Positions 20,630 to 30,687 of a stretch of 64,000 bases of DNA are shown in pieces. Positions within the stretch are counted from its first letter, which is position 1. Every line of letters begins with the position of its first letter. A program made the position numbers and the translations under genes. Origin of the DNA: Nitrososphaeraceae archaeon (GTDB taxonomy: Archaea > Thermoproteota > Nitrososphaeria > Nitrososphaerales > Nitrososphaeraceae); the NCBI GenBank assembly GCA_035297365.1, contig DATGZA010000014.1:96001-160000 (forward strand), written 5' to 3'. The notes below the pieces were generated by a model that was given only the letters and a program-made list of their open reading frames with translations, was not told where the DNA came from and searched no databases.

Positions 20630-21361
20630 GTGCGAAAAATGCAAATAGTAAAGGTTAGTTCTGTATCATTCGAATATGGTTCGGAGAAAATTCTAGACGA
20701 TATTTCTTTTAGTGTGAATGAAGGTGATTTTCTGGGGATTATCGGACCAAATGGTGCGGGTAAGACCACTTTATTTTTTTGTATGCTCGGTTTAATAGAT
20801 GGATATACTGGTGAAATAAAAATATTTGGGGAAGATATTAGAAGAAATAAGAAAATTTTAAAGCAAATTGGATATATCCCACAAAGAAAATCAATTGACA
20901 CAAGGTTCCCACTTACTATAAAAGAATTGGTTTCTCTTTCAATTACAAACAAATCATATGTTAACAATGTGGATAAAGTCTTAAGATATGTTGACCTTTA
21001 TGATAATCGAAATAAAATAATCGGTCAATTATCTGGCGGACAGCAACAACGTGTTTTAATTGCAAAGGCACTCGTTAATAATCCTAAAATGTTGATGTTA
21101 GACGAACCAACAAACGGACTTGATCAAACAAGTCAAGATAATTTCTACCTCTTTTTAAAGCAACTGAATGATGAAGAAAAAATTACCATTATATGGACAT
21201 CACACGATCTGGACGCAGTAAATCGACTCTCTAATAAAATATCCTGTATTAATAAAAAAATGTTTTACCATGGAACAAAAGACGACTTCTTCTCTAATGA
21301 TAATAATTTAAAAAAATACTCTGAATCACAGATGCAAATTCATATGCATAGTCATTATTAA
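20630..21361 (+). CDS. Zn/Mn ABC transporter ATP-binding protein (ZnuC-like)
   Basis: GPNGAGKTT, GYIPQ, LSGGQQQR, LDEP; His-rich tail. Confidence 0.92.
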   Translation: MRKMQIVKVSSVSFEYGSEKILDDISFSVNEGDFLGIIGPNGAGKTTLFFCMLGLIDGYTGEIKIFGEDIRRNKKILKQIGYIPQRKSIDTRFPLTIKELVSLSITNKSYVNNVDKVLRYVDLYDNRNKIIGQLSGGQQQRVLIAKALVNNPKMLMLDEPTNGLDQTSQDNFYLFLKQLNDEEKITIIWTSHDLDAVNRLSNKISCINKKMFYHGTKDDFFSNDNNLKKYSESQMQIHMHSHY

Positions 21362-21394
21362 TAAAATTGGATTTGAAGTTGAATGTTGATTTAA

Positions 21395-22216
21395 ATGCAA
21401 GAATTTTTTGATTTTTTTTCGTTCGGATATATTCAACGAGCCTTAATCTCTGGGATTTCGATCGCAATAATGTGTTCATTAATTGGATTATTTCTTGTTT
21501 TACGAAAACAATCACTTTTTGGGGACGCGATTTCTCATATGGCTTTTGGGGGCATAGCTATAGGAACATATTTGAATATTTACCCCTTCTGGACTGCAAT
21601 AATTTTTTCTGCTTCTTCTGCCCTGGCCATAAATAAAATACGATATTACACTAAGCTTAACGCGGATTCAATGGTTGCTGTCTTGTTATCTTTTGGTCTT
21701 GGAATAGGAGTAACTTTGATAAGCATATCCGATGGTTTTTCTGTTGATTTATTCAGTTTTCTTTTTGGAAGCATCCTGTTGGTAAGCTATGAAGATGTAT
21801 TAATCACTGTTGGAATGGTTATTATTGTTACGTCAATAATTGGTTTATTTTTCAAAAAATTCATTTATGTTACTTTTGATGAAGATCAAGCAAAAATTAG
21901 TGGTTTGCATGTTGAACAACTTGATAATTTATTTATAGTTTTGGTTGCAGTAACTGTAATAGTTTCTATGAAGCTAGTTGGAATTCTTCTTATATCTTCC
22001 TTGATAGTCATTCCAAATATTGCATCGCTGATGTTAAATCAAGGCTTCAAAAGAACTCTTTTTATTTCTATAATAATATCTGCATGTTCTGTTTTCTTTG
22101 GGATAATTCTTTCATATTATTTTAATACTGCTCCAAGTGGTATGATCGTATTGTTATCAGTTGGGATTTTCATTGCAGTTATAATATCCAAATATCTTTA
22201 TCAAAATATTGCTTAA
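21395..22216 (+). CDS. Zn/Mn ABC transporter permease (ZnuB-like)
   Basis: GDAISHMAFGG, FLFGSIL; hydrophobic. Confidence 0.92.
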   Translation: MQEFFDFFSFGYIQRALISGISIAIMCSLIGLFLVLRKQSLFGDAISHMAFGGIAIGTYLNIYPFWTAIIFSASSALAINKIRYYTKLNADSMVAVLLSFGLGIGVTLISISDGFSVDLFSFLFGSILLVSYEDVLITVGMVIIVTSIIGLFFKKFIYVTFDEDQAKISGLHVEQLDNLFIVLVAVTVIVSMKLVGILLISSLIVIPNIASLMLNQGFKRTLFISIIISACSVFFGIILSYYFNTAPSGMIVLLSVGIFIAVIISKYLYQNIA

Positions 22217-22325
22217 TTTTTTCAGTCATATTTCAACAGTCAAATAAATATGTTTATTATGCTTATCCTTGAATGAAATATCCTTCAATGAAAATAAGAT
22301 GAATTCTATCCATAAAAAGATGTTT

Positions 22326-23021
22326 TTAAGTCATCTCATTTATAACCTGATCAAATACTGAATATGGATATGCTCCCTGTATTGCAACTGGCGTAGTACC
22401 ATTGTATAGAATAAATGACGGAGTACTTGTTAAACCAATACTTCTTGCTAGCTTATCATTTTCACTTACTAAGGAATTGTATTTATGTGATTCAACACAG
22501 TCAGAAAACTTCATTAAATCAGGCACTCTGACGTTATTAGCAAATTGTTTCAAGTTGTCTTTAGTTACCCATCCTGTATTCTCTCCATTTGAATTTCTAT
22601 ACAATTCATCATGATAATTCCAGTATTTGCCTTGTTCTGCTGCACAATAAGATGCCTCAGCTGCTAATGTAGACGCCTTATCACTAGGAAGATCGTTTAC
22701 TATAAAATCTTTGAAAATAAATCTAACTTTTCCAGTTTCCACAAAATTTGTGACCAAAGAATCCTTTGTTTCCTTATTAAAACGTGCGCAAAAAGGACAT
22801 TGATAATCTCCAAATTCAACTATAGTTAATTTTGATTTGTCTTCTCCTATAGCGGATGCATTAGCAGTTATTGGTTGAAGCAAATTACGAATGATATCCT
22901 GGGTTTGTTCAGAATCTGGAACAGATTTATTTTTGGGAGCAAAATTGAGAAAACCTAGTAAGGTTCCAAGTAGCATTATTGCCATGAGTGTAATACTAGC
23001 AATTACAATTTTTTTCCTCAT
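22326..23021 (-). CDS. DsbA-family thioredoxin-fold protein
   Basis: EFGDYQCPFC, STPSF, GAYPY; N-terminal anchor. Confidence 0.92.
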   Translation of the reverse strand: MRKKIVIASITLMAIMLLGTLLGFLNFAPKNKSVPDSEQTQDIIRNLLQPITANASAIGEDKSKLTIVEFGDYQCPFCARFNKETKDSLVTNFVETGKVRFIFKDFIVNDLPSDKASTLAAEASYCAAEQGKYWNYHDELYRNSNGENTGWVTKDNLKQFANNVRVPDLMKFSDCVESHKYNSLVSENDKLARSIGLTSTPSFILYNGTTPVAIQGAYPYSVFDQVINEMT

Positions 23022-23121
23022 ATTTTATCATTACAATAAAACTTCTTATTAATCATGTGGCTCATAAATAGGTCGACTATGTTCAGAACAATTAAATCTT
23101 GGTCTGATTGCTTTTATATAT

Positions 23122-23286
23122 ATGAGCACTGGTGGACTAGGGAGTGTTACATATGACTGCATGAGATGTGGGACTGGTGTCACCATTGAGGAATTATCAA
23201 CATTACCCGAAATAAAATGTATTTGTGGTTTCAGAGTATTTAGGAAAGCTAGACAACCTGTAGTAAAACAAATAAAGGCAATCTAA
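23122..23286 (+). CDS. rpoP: RNA polymerase subunit P (Rpo12)
   Basis: Manual ORF MSTGGLGSVTYDCMRCGTGVTIEELSTLPEIKCICGFRVFRKARQPVVKQIKAI. Confidence 0.92.
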   Translation: MSTGGLGSVTYDCMRCGTGVTIEELSTLPEIKCICGFRVFRKARQPVVKQIKAI

Positions 23287-23378
23287 TCAATATTGGGTCC
23301 TTTAGTATTGAAAGAAAATTTAAATTAAATTGCTGGGGTATAGTTTATTGCCTTCTTAATATTATAATATATTATTAC

Positions 23379-23552
23379 ATGAAAATAATATGTCCAGATT
23401 GTAAAAAAACTGCTCATTTAGCCGATGATTTTACTCTAGTAAAATGCATGTATTGTTCTCTTGAACTAAGTTATGGGGAATACGTCAAATATATCGCATA
23501 CAAAGATCCTAGGTATAGTGATATTTTGAGTGATTACAAGAGAAACGCCTGA
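23379..23552 (+). CDS. small zinc-ribbon protein (57 aa)
   Basis: Manual ORF MKIICPDCKKTAHLADDFTLVKCMYCSLELSYGEYVKYIAYKDPRYSDILSDYKRNA. Confidence 0.8.
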   Translation: MKIICPDCKKTAHLADDFTLVKCMYCSLELSYGEYVKYIAYKDPRYSDILSDYKRNA

Positions 23553-23814
23553 AAGTGCTATAAAAATAAAATACTAGCTACAAACACTAGAATTCTAGAA
23601 GAATTACAAATTTAATTATTTTTGTACCAATAAAGAAATAAATATCCATAATAATGAAAGCAGTATTTACAAAAGGATAAACTATAGTTATTCTATATAA
23701 TAGTGTCTATTAATTTCTACTTAAATTTCTAGAAAACAAAAAAGAATTATATATAATCGTTAACAAAATAATAAAATAATTATTAGTAATTTTTTGGCGA
23801 TAAAATACGATACC

Positions 23815-24500
23815 TTTGTCAAATAATATATAAAAATAGTGGTGATCTTAAGCTAACCGTCTATTACATCTAGAAAATACATTAAGAATAGAAACTTGAG
23901 AACTCCTCATACCATTATGCACGAATTCAAATAATTGAATGCAATTGGAAAAATGCCAGAAATCCAATAAATTTTCCTACATATAGAATAATAATGAAAT
24001 TGTTCCTTTCCATTTCTCGCATATTGAATGGTCATTTTCATTATCTTCTTTTTATTCATTATCTTCTTTTTAATAAGGCGCATCTAACCGATGTTCCAAT
24101 CTCAAAGAAGTGCAGACATGTGAATATCAACTACTACAATCTTGATATCTTACCTCTACCATATTTTCAACTCGCGAATAGAGAAAGTGTTCAGTAACAA
24201 CTATGTTTCTGTGCCTTGAAATTTAAGCACAAATTACAATCTATGCACTACTTGAACTGCGACTCATAGACATCATTTTGAGTTTGCGATTTTTACCAAT
24301 GCAGATATTCTTTATAGATAGATTTGTTTTGGATGAACTTTGTAACCGTTCCTATATCATATTAATCTCTTTCTACCTACAAATGGTTTTATACTGTTGT
24401 TACATCAAGAAAACTGAATCCCAGAAAATACAAATATAGTTCATACATGATTATCTGGCTGAATGCGCTTTCAGGTACCGATAAACCCAATAACAGCACC
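23815..24500 (-). mobile_element. fossil IS6-family element
   Basis: Fragments IIMYELYLYFLGFSF, ISRHRNIVVTEHFL, SS*YSHVCTSLRLEHRL. TIR-like GGTGCTGTTA at 24491-24500 (minus strand). Lower boundary approximate. Confidence 0.6.
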
Positions 24501-24580
24501 ATTAATTGTCGGAATATCCCAATTTGGTAGAAGTAGCTACTTATTCATTTTTATTATTCTTATTTCTATATTTCTATAAA

Positions 24581-24883
24581 ATGAGTATTAGTGAAAAAAA
24601 GATTAATGAATTAAGACCAGGAATGAGAGGAATAAATGTTAAAGTAAAAGTAGATAGCATATCTGAACCAAGAAATGTTAATTTAAGAACTGGTGGCCAA
24701 GCCAAGGTAGCAGATGCTCAAGTGTCTGATGAAACAGGTGTTATCAAATTATCGTTATGGGATGATCAAATCAATATGATTGAAGAAGGTGATATGATAT
24801 TGATTGAAAATGGGTATACTCACGCATTCAGGGGAGAAAATAACCTAAATATAGGAAAATACGGCAAAATTGTAAAACTATAA
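24581..24883 (+). CDS. ssb: single OB-fold ssDNA-binding protein
   Basis: DETGVIKLSLWD, ENGY, LNIGKYG; ATG 24581 preferred. Confidence 0.9.
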   Translation: MSISEKKINELRPGMRGINVKVKVDSISEPRNVNLRTGGQAKVADAQVSDETGVIKLSLWDDQINMIEEGDMILIENGYTHAFRGENNLNIGKYGKIVKL

Positions 24884-24982
24884 CGAAAATAGCAAAGACG
24901 AAATTTTATATACTCCTAAATTATATCAACGAACAGTCCAGTTCTGAGATAAGTTATAAATGGGAAATATAGAATCGCAATT

Positions 24983-25522
24983 GTGAACGATAAGATATTA
25001 TCTATAAATAAAATTTCAAGCGGAACGATAGACAATATTAATGTAGTAATTGAGATCCCTAAGGGCAGTAATATCAAATATGAGATTGATAAGGAAACTG
25101 GTGCACTATTTGTCGACAGGATATTATTTACGGCAATGTTCTATCCAACCAATTATGGTTTCATTCCATCTACACTTGAAGGTGACGGTGATCCTGTAGA
25201 TGTATTAGTACTGGGAGAATTCACAGTAATTCCACTTTCTGTTATTCGGGCAGTTCCGATTGGTATCCTATATACTGAGGATGAAGAAGGTCAAGATTCC
25301 AAAATTATTGCGATCCCCATAAAAAAAATAGATTCAAGTTTTTCACCAATAAATGACGTTAGTGATATACCAAATATTACCAAAAAACAGATCGAACATT
25401 TCTTTGAACATTATAAGGAATTAGAAGTAGGAAAATATGTGAAAATTTCCGGATGGGGAAACAAAGAGGCAGCTCAAAAAAAGATTTCAGAAGCTATTGA
25501 CAGATTTTCTAATTCAAATTAA
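24983..25522 (+). CDS. ppa: inorganic pyrophosphatase
   Basis: EIPKGS.IKYE, YGFIP.T, DGDPVD, HFFEHYK. Confidence 0.97.
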   Translation: MNDKILSINKISSGTIDNINVVIEIPKGSNIKYEIDKETGALFVDRILFTAMFYPTNYGFIPSTLEGDGDPVDVLVLGEFTVIPLSVIRAVPIGILYTEDEEGQDSKIIAIPIKKIDSSFSPINDVSDIPNITKKQIEHFFEHYKELEVGKYVKISGWGNKEAAQKKISEAIDRFSNSN

Positions 25523-25556
25523 ATTCATATTTGAAGTAGAAAAACAATGTCATATG

Positions 25557-26762
25557 TTATAATGCCTTGAATTGTTCACTCCATCTCATGTAAGCTCTGA
25601 TCATGTCTATGCTAACACTAGGCTTCCTTATCTTTATTAATTCCTTAAAATCGTTCATCGATACTGGACGAGGATTAGAATCTTCTTCCAACGCCTTACC
25701 GCTATCGAATAATTCATTCACAACACGTAGCTGTGCAGCTTGGCAAATATCTTTAATATCGCTTGCACTATATCCTTGAACAAGTTTAGCAAGATCTTCA
25801 ATTTTAAGACCTTTTTCCTTCTTCAAGGGTGCTGTATATTGTTTAAACAAATAATTTCTTGAATCATTATCTGGTAAAGTAACATAAATTCTCTTTTGAA
25901 ATCTTCTCAGAAAACCTGCTTCCAAGCTCCATGGTTTATTTGTTGCACCTATCACGTACAATTTAGAATCTTTGGCCTTGTTATTTATCCCATCCATCTC
26001 TGTTAGGAATTGATTTTTAACTCTTATCTCTCCTCCGACCTCTCCATTTCTTGTACCTAATAGCGAATCTATTTCATCGATGAAAAGTAATATTGGGATA
26101 TTTTCTGTTTCTAGTAATTTATTGGCCATCTTAAATAACTTAGAAACGTTTTTCTCAGCCTCTCCTAACCATTTACTCATCATTGCTGCAGCGTCCACAT
26201 TTATAAAATATCCATCTATTTCAGCAGCAGCAGCTGCAGCCAATAAAGTCTTTCCACATCCTGGAGGGCCATAAAGTAATATTCCACGTGGCCATCCGAG
26301 AGGAAAAAGATCAGATCTTTTCATTGGATAAACAATAGATTCACGTATGGCTCTTTTAGCGTCATCTAACCCAATAACTTCCTGCCATGAGACATTGGGT
26401 TTTTCTCTCATAACCAGATTATCAAATTCGTCACCAAGTTGATCTTTAGGCTTTTTCCCGTCCATTGCCATTTTTTTTCCATGACTTTCTTGTTCATTTA
26501 AAATCAGGTCATCACTTTTATCATCCTCGAGAATGTTGGACATCTGTAATGATTTTATTCTATTCATATAAGCATTAGCTCTTTCCATGTAAATTTTATT
26601 TAGTTTATATTCTGGATAAATCTGAATTAACTTATTAAGGGCCTCTATCGCATGTTGATATAATTGAATAGCTTTTATCCTAGAACCTTGAGAGTCTAAC
26701 CTTATTGCTTCTGCAGCAAATTTACTAGCACTATTTTCTAATTCTTGTGGGGCTAAAATCAT
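25557..26762 (-). CDS. cdvC: Vps4-like AAA+ ATPase CdvC (MIT + AAA)
   Basis: N-terminal MIT domain, GWPRGILLYGPPGCGKT, FIDEID, ATNKPW, RRFQKR. Confidence 0.9.
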   Translation of the reverse strand: MILAPQELENSASKFAAEAIRLDSQGSRIKAIQLYQHAIEALNKLIQIYPEYKLNKIYMERANAYMNRIKSLQMSNILEDDKSDDLILNEQESHGKKMAMDGKKPKDQLGDEFDNLVMREKPNVSWQEVIGLDDAKRAIRESIVYPMKRSDLFPLGWPRGILLYGPPGCGKTLLAAAAAAEIDGYFINVDAAAMMSKWLGEAEKNVSKLFKMANKLLETENIPILLFIDEIDSLLGTRNGEVGGEIRVKNQFLTEMDGINNKAKDSKLYVIGATNKPWSLEAGFLRRFQKRIYVTLPDNDSRNYLFKQYTAPLKKEKGLKIEDLAKLVQGYSASDIKDICQAAQLRVVNELFDSGKALEEDSNPRPVSMNDFKELIKIRKPSVSIDMIRAYMRWSEQFKAL

Positions 26763-26961
26763 AATTTTTATCGACTATCCTAGAATTCATTTGGATTTTT
26801 ATTACTATTATGTGAATCTTAATTGTTCAACAAACCAAAAAATTTGTACCAAATATTTTGTGGATCATTAGACATCACTATTTACTATTAGATCAAAAGT
26901 ATTATAAATGAACAATATTTATTTAATCTTCTTGTATACGTTATAATACTTTCAAATATTT

Positions 26962-28236
26962 CTAGAAAAACGCAGAAATTGTTTTTTGTATATTATTATC
27001 TTTATTTCTTTTTTGATATTCTAATGATTCTTCTAACATTTTTAAAATTTTCTTATCCTTAGTTTCTTCTACGTAAATTACATAAATCAAAGCACTATTT
27101 TTATTATTAGATTTCCTAATTACTCTTCCAATTCTCTGAATCAATTGATTCATGTTTTGTGTGTTTGAGACTATTATTGCTATACCTACAGAAGGAAGAT
27201 CAAATCCTATTTCCAAAGTATGAACTGATAATAACACAAAAAATGATTTGCCCCAATCGTCTAAAATTGTCATTCTCTGTCGAGATTTAATTTTGTTGTG
27301 AATTACTTCTGCCCTTATACTGTATTTGCCAAGCATCTCTCTGATCTTATTAATGGATTCAATGGTTTCACTAAAGATCATTATTTTCTCAGTTGGATGG
27401 TTTTTAACAATTTTAATAGTTTCATCCAATTTCGATAAAGTCTCATTCAGTAATTTCTTTCTTTTCTGAACGTATGAAAACCACTGTTTTGCTAATCTCG
27501 AATTTATGCCCCCATATTTTAATAATCTAGAAATTTCGATCGGATTAGAAGATTTCAATTTTAATGATATTTCTCTTATTGATTTGGACATATCTTCATA
27601 TTCTTTTCTCTCCTTAAAATTTAGTTTTACAGGCCTGATTATTACTTTCGGTTCAGTTAATCTTCCATCATCCACAGCTTCCTTAATCATATATTTTCTG
27701 ACAGGCGGTATCAGCGCAATTATTTTGGAATATTTGGGATCTCTTTCGTCTATTGTAGCTGTTAGACCCAAGATAGCTTTACTGAAATCTTCTTCTAAAA
27801 TTGAAAAAATATTGCTTAATTTCTTGGCAGTGGAAGAAACAAGATGAACCTCGTCTAATATAACCATTTTAGAGTTTCGGATTAGATCAAAATTCCTTAT
27901 AATGCTTTGATATGTACTAAACGTTATTTCCTTGATATCTTTTTTCTCGCCATAGAAAACACCGATACATTCTTTTTTTATACCATATTGATTCAATCTT
28001 GTGATATTTTGTGCGATCAATACAATACGTGGGACGAGAAAAAGAATATTAAAAGGCGCGTCAGAATTTTCTTTTTTTGCTAATCGTCTAGCACATTCAA
28101 ATGCTATCTCTGTTTTTCCAGTCCCTGTACTGTAGATGATGGATCCTCTATTTTGATTTCTTAACCAAGAATTTACGGCTTCTATCTGATCCTTTTCTAA
28201 GTTAAATGGAAATTTTAAAGATGTAATTTCTGACAA
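26962..28236 (-). CDS. XPB/Rad25-like SF2 helicase
   Basis: TGTGKT, DEVH, GLTAT, QRIGRVIR. Confidence 0.85.
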   Translation of the reverse strand: MSEITSLKFPFNLEKDQIEAVNSWLRNQNRGSIIYSTGTGKTEIAFECARRLAKKENSDAPFNILFLVPRIVLIAQNITRLNQYGIKKECIGVFYGEKKDIKEITFSTYQSIIRNFDLIRNSKMVILDEVHLVSSTAKKLSNIFSILEEDFSKAILGLTATIDERDPKYSKIIALIPPVRKYMIKEAVDDGRLTEPKVIIRPVKLNFKERKEYEDMSKSIREISLKLKSSNPIEISRLLKYGGINSRLAKQWFSYVQKRKKLLNETLSKLDETIKIVKNHPTEKIMIFSETIESINKIREMLGKYSIRAEVIHNKIKSRQRMTILDDWGKSFFVLLSVHTLEIGFDLPSVGIAIIVSNTQNMNQLIQRIGRVIRKSNNKNSALIYVIYVEETKDKKILKMLEESLEYQKRNKDNNIQKTISAFF

Positions 28237-28375
28237 ATACTATCGAAATATACCTAATGTGATTAATAATTCTAATCAAATGAACTTGTTTTAGATGGTT
28301 ATTGTAGACTTTCAATTCATGGTTTACAATATTAAAGATTATTTATTCGAGTATTTTAATACATAACATCTTTCA

Positions 28376-28882
28376 ATGAATGTATTTGTTTTAATGTTGA
28401 AGCAAGACGATCCGACTAAATGTACTGCTGCAAAGTTAAAAAAGTTTCATCTAATTAATTCAACAACATTCATACCTAAAAACACAATTGTTTTAAATGC
28501 ATTTTCTAAAATTGTGCTGTGCAGAGACGATCTAAATAATGGAAAATCATTATGTGCTATCGATTGTTCGTGGAATTATATCCAAGAAACACTAAATAAA
28601 TTTAAAATCATAAAAAAAAGAATCAACAGACGTCTTCCTCTCCTCCTTGCTGGAAATCCAGTAAATTACGCTAAGTTGGGAAAATTAACAACAGCGGAGG
28701 CCTTGGCAGGGTCTCTTTATATTCTGGGATATCAATCCAGAGCAGAAGAATTATTGAATAAATTCAAATGGGGACACACGTTTTTAGAACTGAATTTGGA
28801 AATCCTAAAATCATATAGTGAAAGACAGAATCCTGAAGAAATTAAAAAGAGTGAAAAGGAATATTTTCCAAATGTATATTAG
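28376..28882 (+). CDS. tsr3: rRNA aminocarboxypropyltransferase Tsr3 (DUF367)
   Basis: QDDPTKCTA, IDCSW, RRLPLLLAGNPVNY, FKWG. Confidence 0.93.
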   Translation: MNVFVLMLKQDDPTKCTAAKLKKFHLINSTTFIPKNTIVLNAFSKIVLCRDDLNNGKSLCAIDCSWNYIQETLNKFKIIKKRINRRLPLLLAGNPVNYAKLGKLTTAEALAGSLYILGYQSRAEELLNKFKWGHTFLELNLEILKSYSERQNPEEIKKSEKEYFPNVY

Positions 28883-28904
28883 ATAATATATATTTTGTAA
28901 CAAC

Positions 28905-29189
28905 GTGAGCTAGAGCGCGAGTTACTCATAATGAGAGGAAACTCCTCCCTCATAGCAGGCACCCAAATTAGCGATAATTAGCTGGAGACAGCTGGCAACG
29001 TAACAGAAAAGCTATCTAGAAGAGTCTATATATCTGTGATGGTTAATCGCCTGAGATCCCCTTACCTAGAATGAAACTGACGACCTGGGTGGAGCAAGGC
29101 CAAAACGAGTTATAATGTTCCTGCACTTACTCAGGTTGGCCGCTTAGCGAAATCTCGCATAAACAGAAGGAGGGTTATTCCTAGCACAC
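28905..29189 (+). ncRNA. rnpB: RNase P RNA
   Basis: GAGGAAACTCCTCCC near the 5' end and ACAGAAGGAGGGTTA near the 3' end (P4 pseudoknot); internal ACAGAAA, TGAAAC and GAGCAAG elements; P1 GTGAGCTAG/CTAGCACAC. Confidence 0.93.
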
Positions 29190-29192
29190 TAT
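29173..29192 (+). repeat. attL core, GGTTATTCCTAGCACACTAT (3' end of rnpB)
   Basis: Exact 20-bp copy at 36178-36197. Confidence 0.9.
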
Positions 29193-29247
29193 ACCTTCAA
29201 ATGAGTGTTCTGGGCATATTTTTTTATCATACCTCGATAAAACAAGA

Positions 29248-29790
29248 TTGTCTTACCAATTGGCAACAATATTAGAACAAGAAGAAAAGCAAGAACTAGA
29301 AAAAAGGATAGATTCAATCACCAAATCTTGTAAGCCCTTTATCAATAAAATGTTAAAAAATTTGACAGATAAGAACCCAGAAAACGCCAATAATATCTGT
29401 GACTATATAATTGCTGAACAAACAGAATTCAATATCAAAGATTCTACCAAGATTGGAAAGATAAAAGCACTTGTATATTTATCACGTTTCTGTAATGATA
29501 AAAATTTTAAAGAGATGACAAAACAGGATATTTTGGATCATCTTAATACTTTTAGACCTCACGATCATAATAATAGCAATAATAATCAAACTTCTGCTAA
29601 TAACAACAAGTGGATCGGCACCTACAATTTCAGACAGATGATCTTTGGCAAATTCTTTAGATGGTTATACAATCCTGATGAAGCAGATCCAACCAAGAGA
29701 GAAAAACCAGATTGTATGAAAGGAGTCAGAAAGTTACCAAAAAAAAGAAAAATCATCATACAATTCTGGTGATATCTGGGAAATCATCAG
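29248..29790 (+). pseudogene. tyrosine integrase N-terminal (SAM-like) fragment; frameshifted, catalytic domain absent
   Basis: NANNICDYIIAEQTEFNIKDST, FKEMTKQDIL..LN, KWIGTYN, KFFRWLYNPD, KPDCMKG. Removing one A from the A8 run at ~29739 continues PKKEKSSYNSGDIWE, then similarity ends. Confidence 0.75.
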
Positions 29791-29794
29791 AGAT

Positions 29795-30553
29795 TTGTAT
29801 TCTGAAAGTGGTAGAATGCTAAGGAATCAAACTAGAACTTATCCACGATATAAAACAACAGATGAATTAATCTACGAAGACTTTTACTCAAAAGTCTGTG
29901 ACGTTTCTACAGGCACATTTTGGGCAAGAAAAGATTCACATGGAAATATTATTCCTAAAAAAGATGGACGTCCTAACTGCGACTATTATGTCAGTACAAT
30001 AATTAGGCTTAGAACTATGTCAGGTGACGAATTCTTGTATAGCCAAGGCAACATCATTGGTTACGATGCAGCAGGTCAAGAATGTAGATTGTTTATATCA
30101 AAGCCTGAAGCATATCTAATGACTTTATTTGATATGCATAGAGTATATGATAATGAAACAAAAATCTTTTACGAAACGTGCCGTGGTCCAATGGAGACTT
30201 ATGACGAGTATGAATTACCTTTCTCACCAAAAAATGTCCAACTATTGTATGAAAAGAGGAATAGATCAAGAAATGCAAAACCAATCCAATTTATCGTAAA
30301 AGATGAACAAACAGGTATGGATGTCGTTGTTAGATGGTCCAGTGTTGAAGATACTTTGAAACTATTCAAAGAGAAAGACTTTTTGTATCTTTACAACGGA
30401 AATTATATTCCTCAACCAGTAAAGGAAGAAATGAGAATTAGGGCTCAGGCATTGACAGGAGGAGAACAACAGAATATGGGACCAGCAACCAATCCAGCAA
30501 CTAACGTTAACTATCATAGCAATAGCAATAAAGAGATTAACGCATATTGCTAA
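29795..30553 (+). CDS. hypothetical element protein
   Basis: 252-aa ORF abutting the integrase remnant; possibly 5'-truncated. Confidence 0.75.
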   Translation: MYSESGRMLRNQTRTYPRYKTTDELIYEDFYSKVCDVSTGTFWARKDSHGNIIPKKDGRPNCDYYVSTIIRLRTMSGDEFLYSQGNIIGYDAAGQECRLFISKPEAYLMTLFDMHRVYDNETKIFYETCRGPMETYDEYELPFSPKNVQLLYEKRNRSRNAKPIQFIVKDEQTGMDVVVRWSSVEDTLKLFKEKDFLYLYNGNYIPQPVKEEMRIRAQALTGGEQQNMGPATNPATNVNYHSNSNKEINAYC

Positions 30554-30687
30554 TCTATTTTTCAATTAATCAAAGATAAAAAGATGTGATTTCCTCTGGA
30601 ATTTGTATTAACCTGAGAGGAGGATATTTCACAATCCAGTTATTAATATTGAGCGTGAGAGAGGTCTCAATCAATGAATGGCTTAGG

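Noticed and set aside
23994-24197. 67-aa ORF and local repeat TTCATTATCTTCTTTTTA x2
   Set aside because: Lies within the IS6 fossil; only two adjacent copies, so not a CRISPR array.
25557-26762. cdvC without adjacent cdvA/cdvB
   Set aside because: Dispersed cdv genes are normal in Nitrososphaerota.
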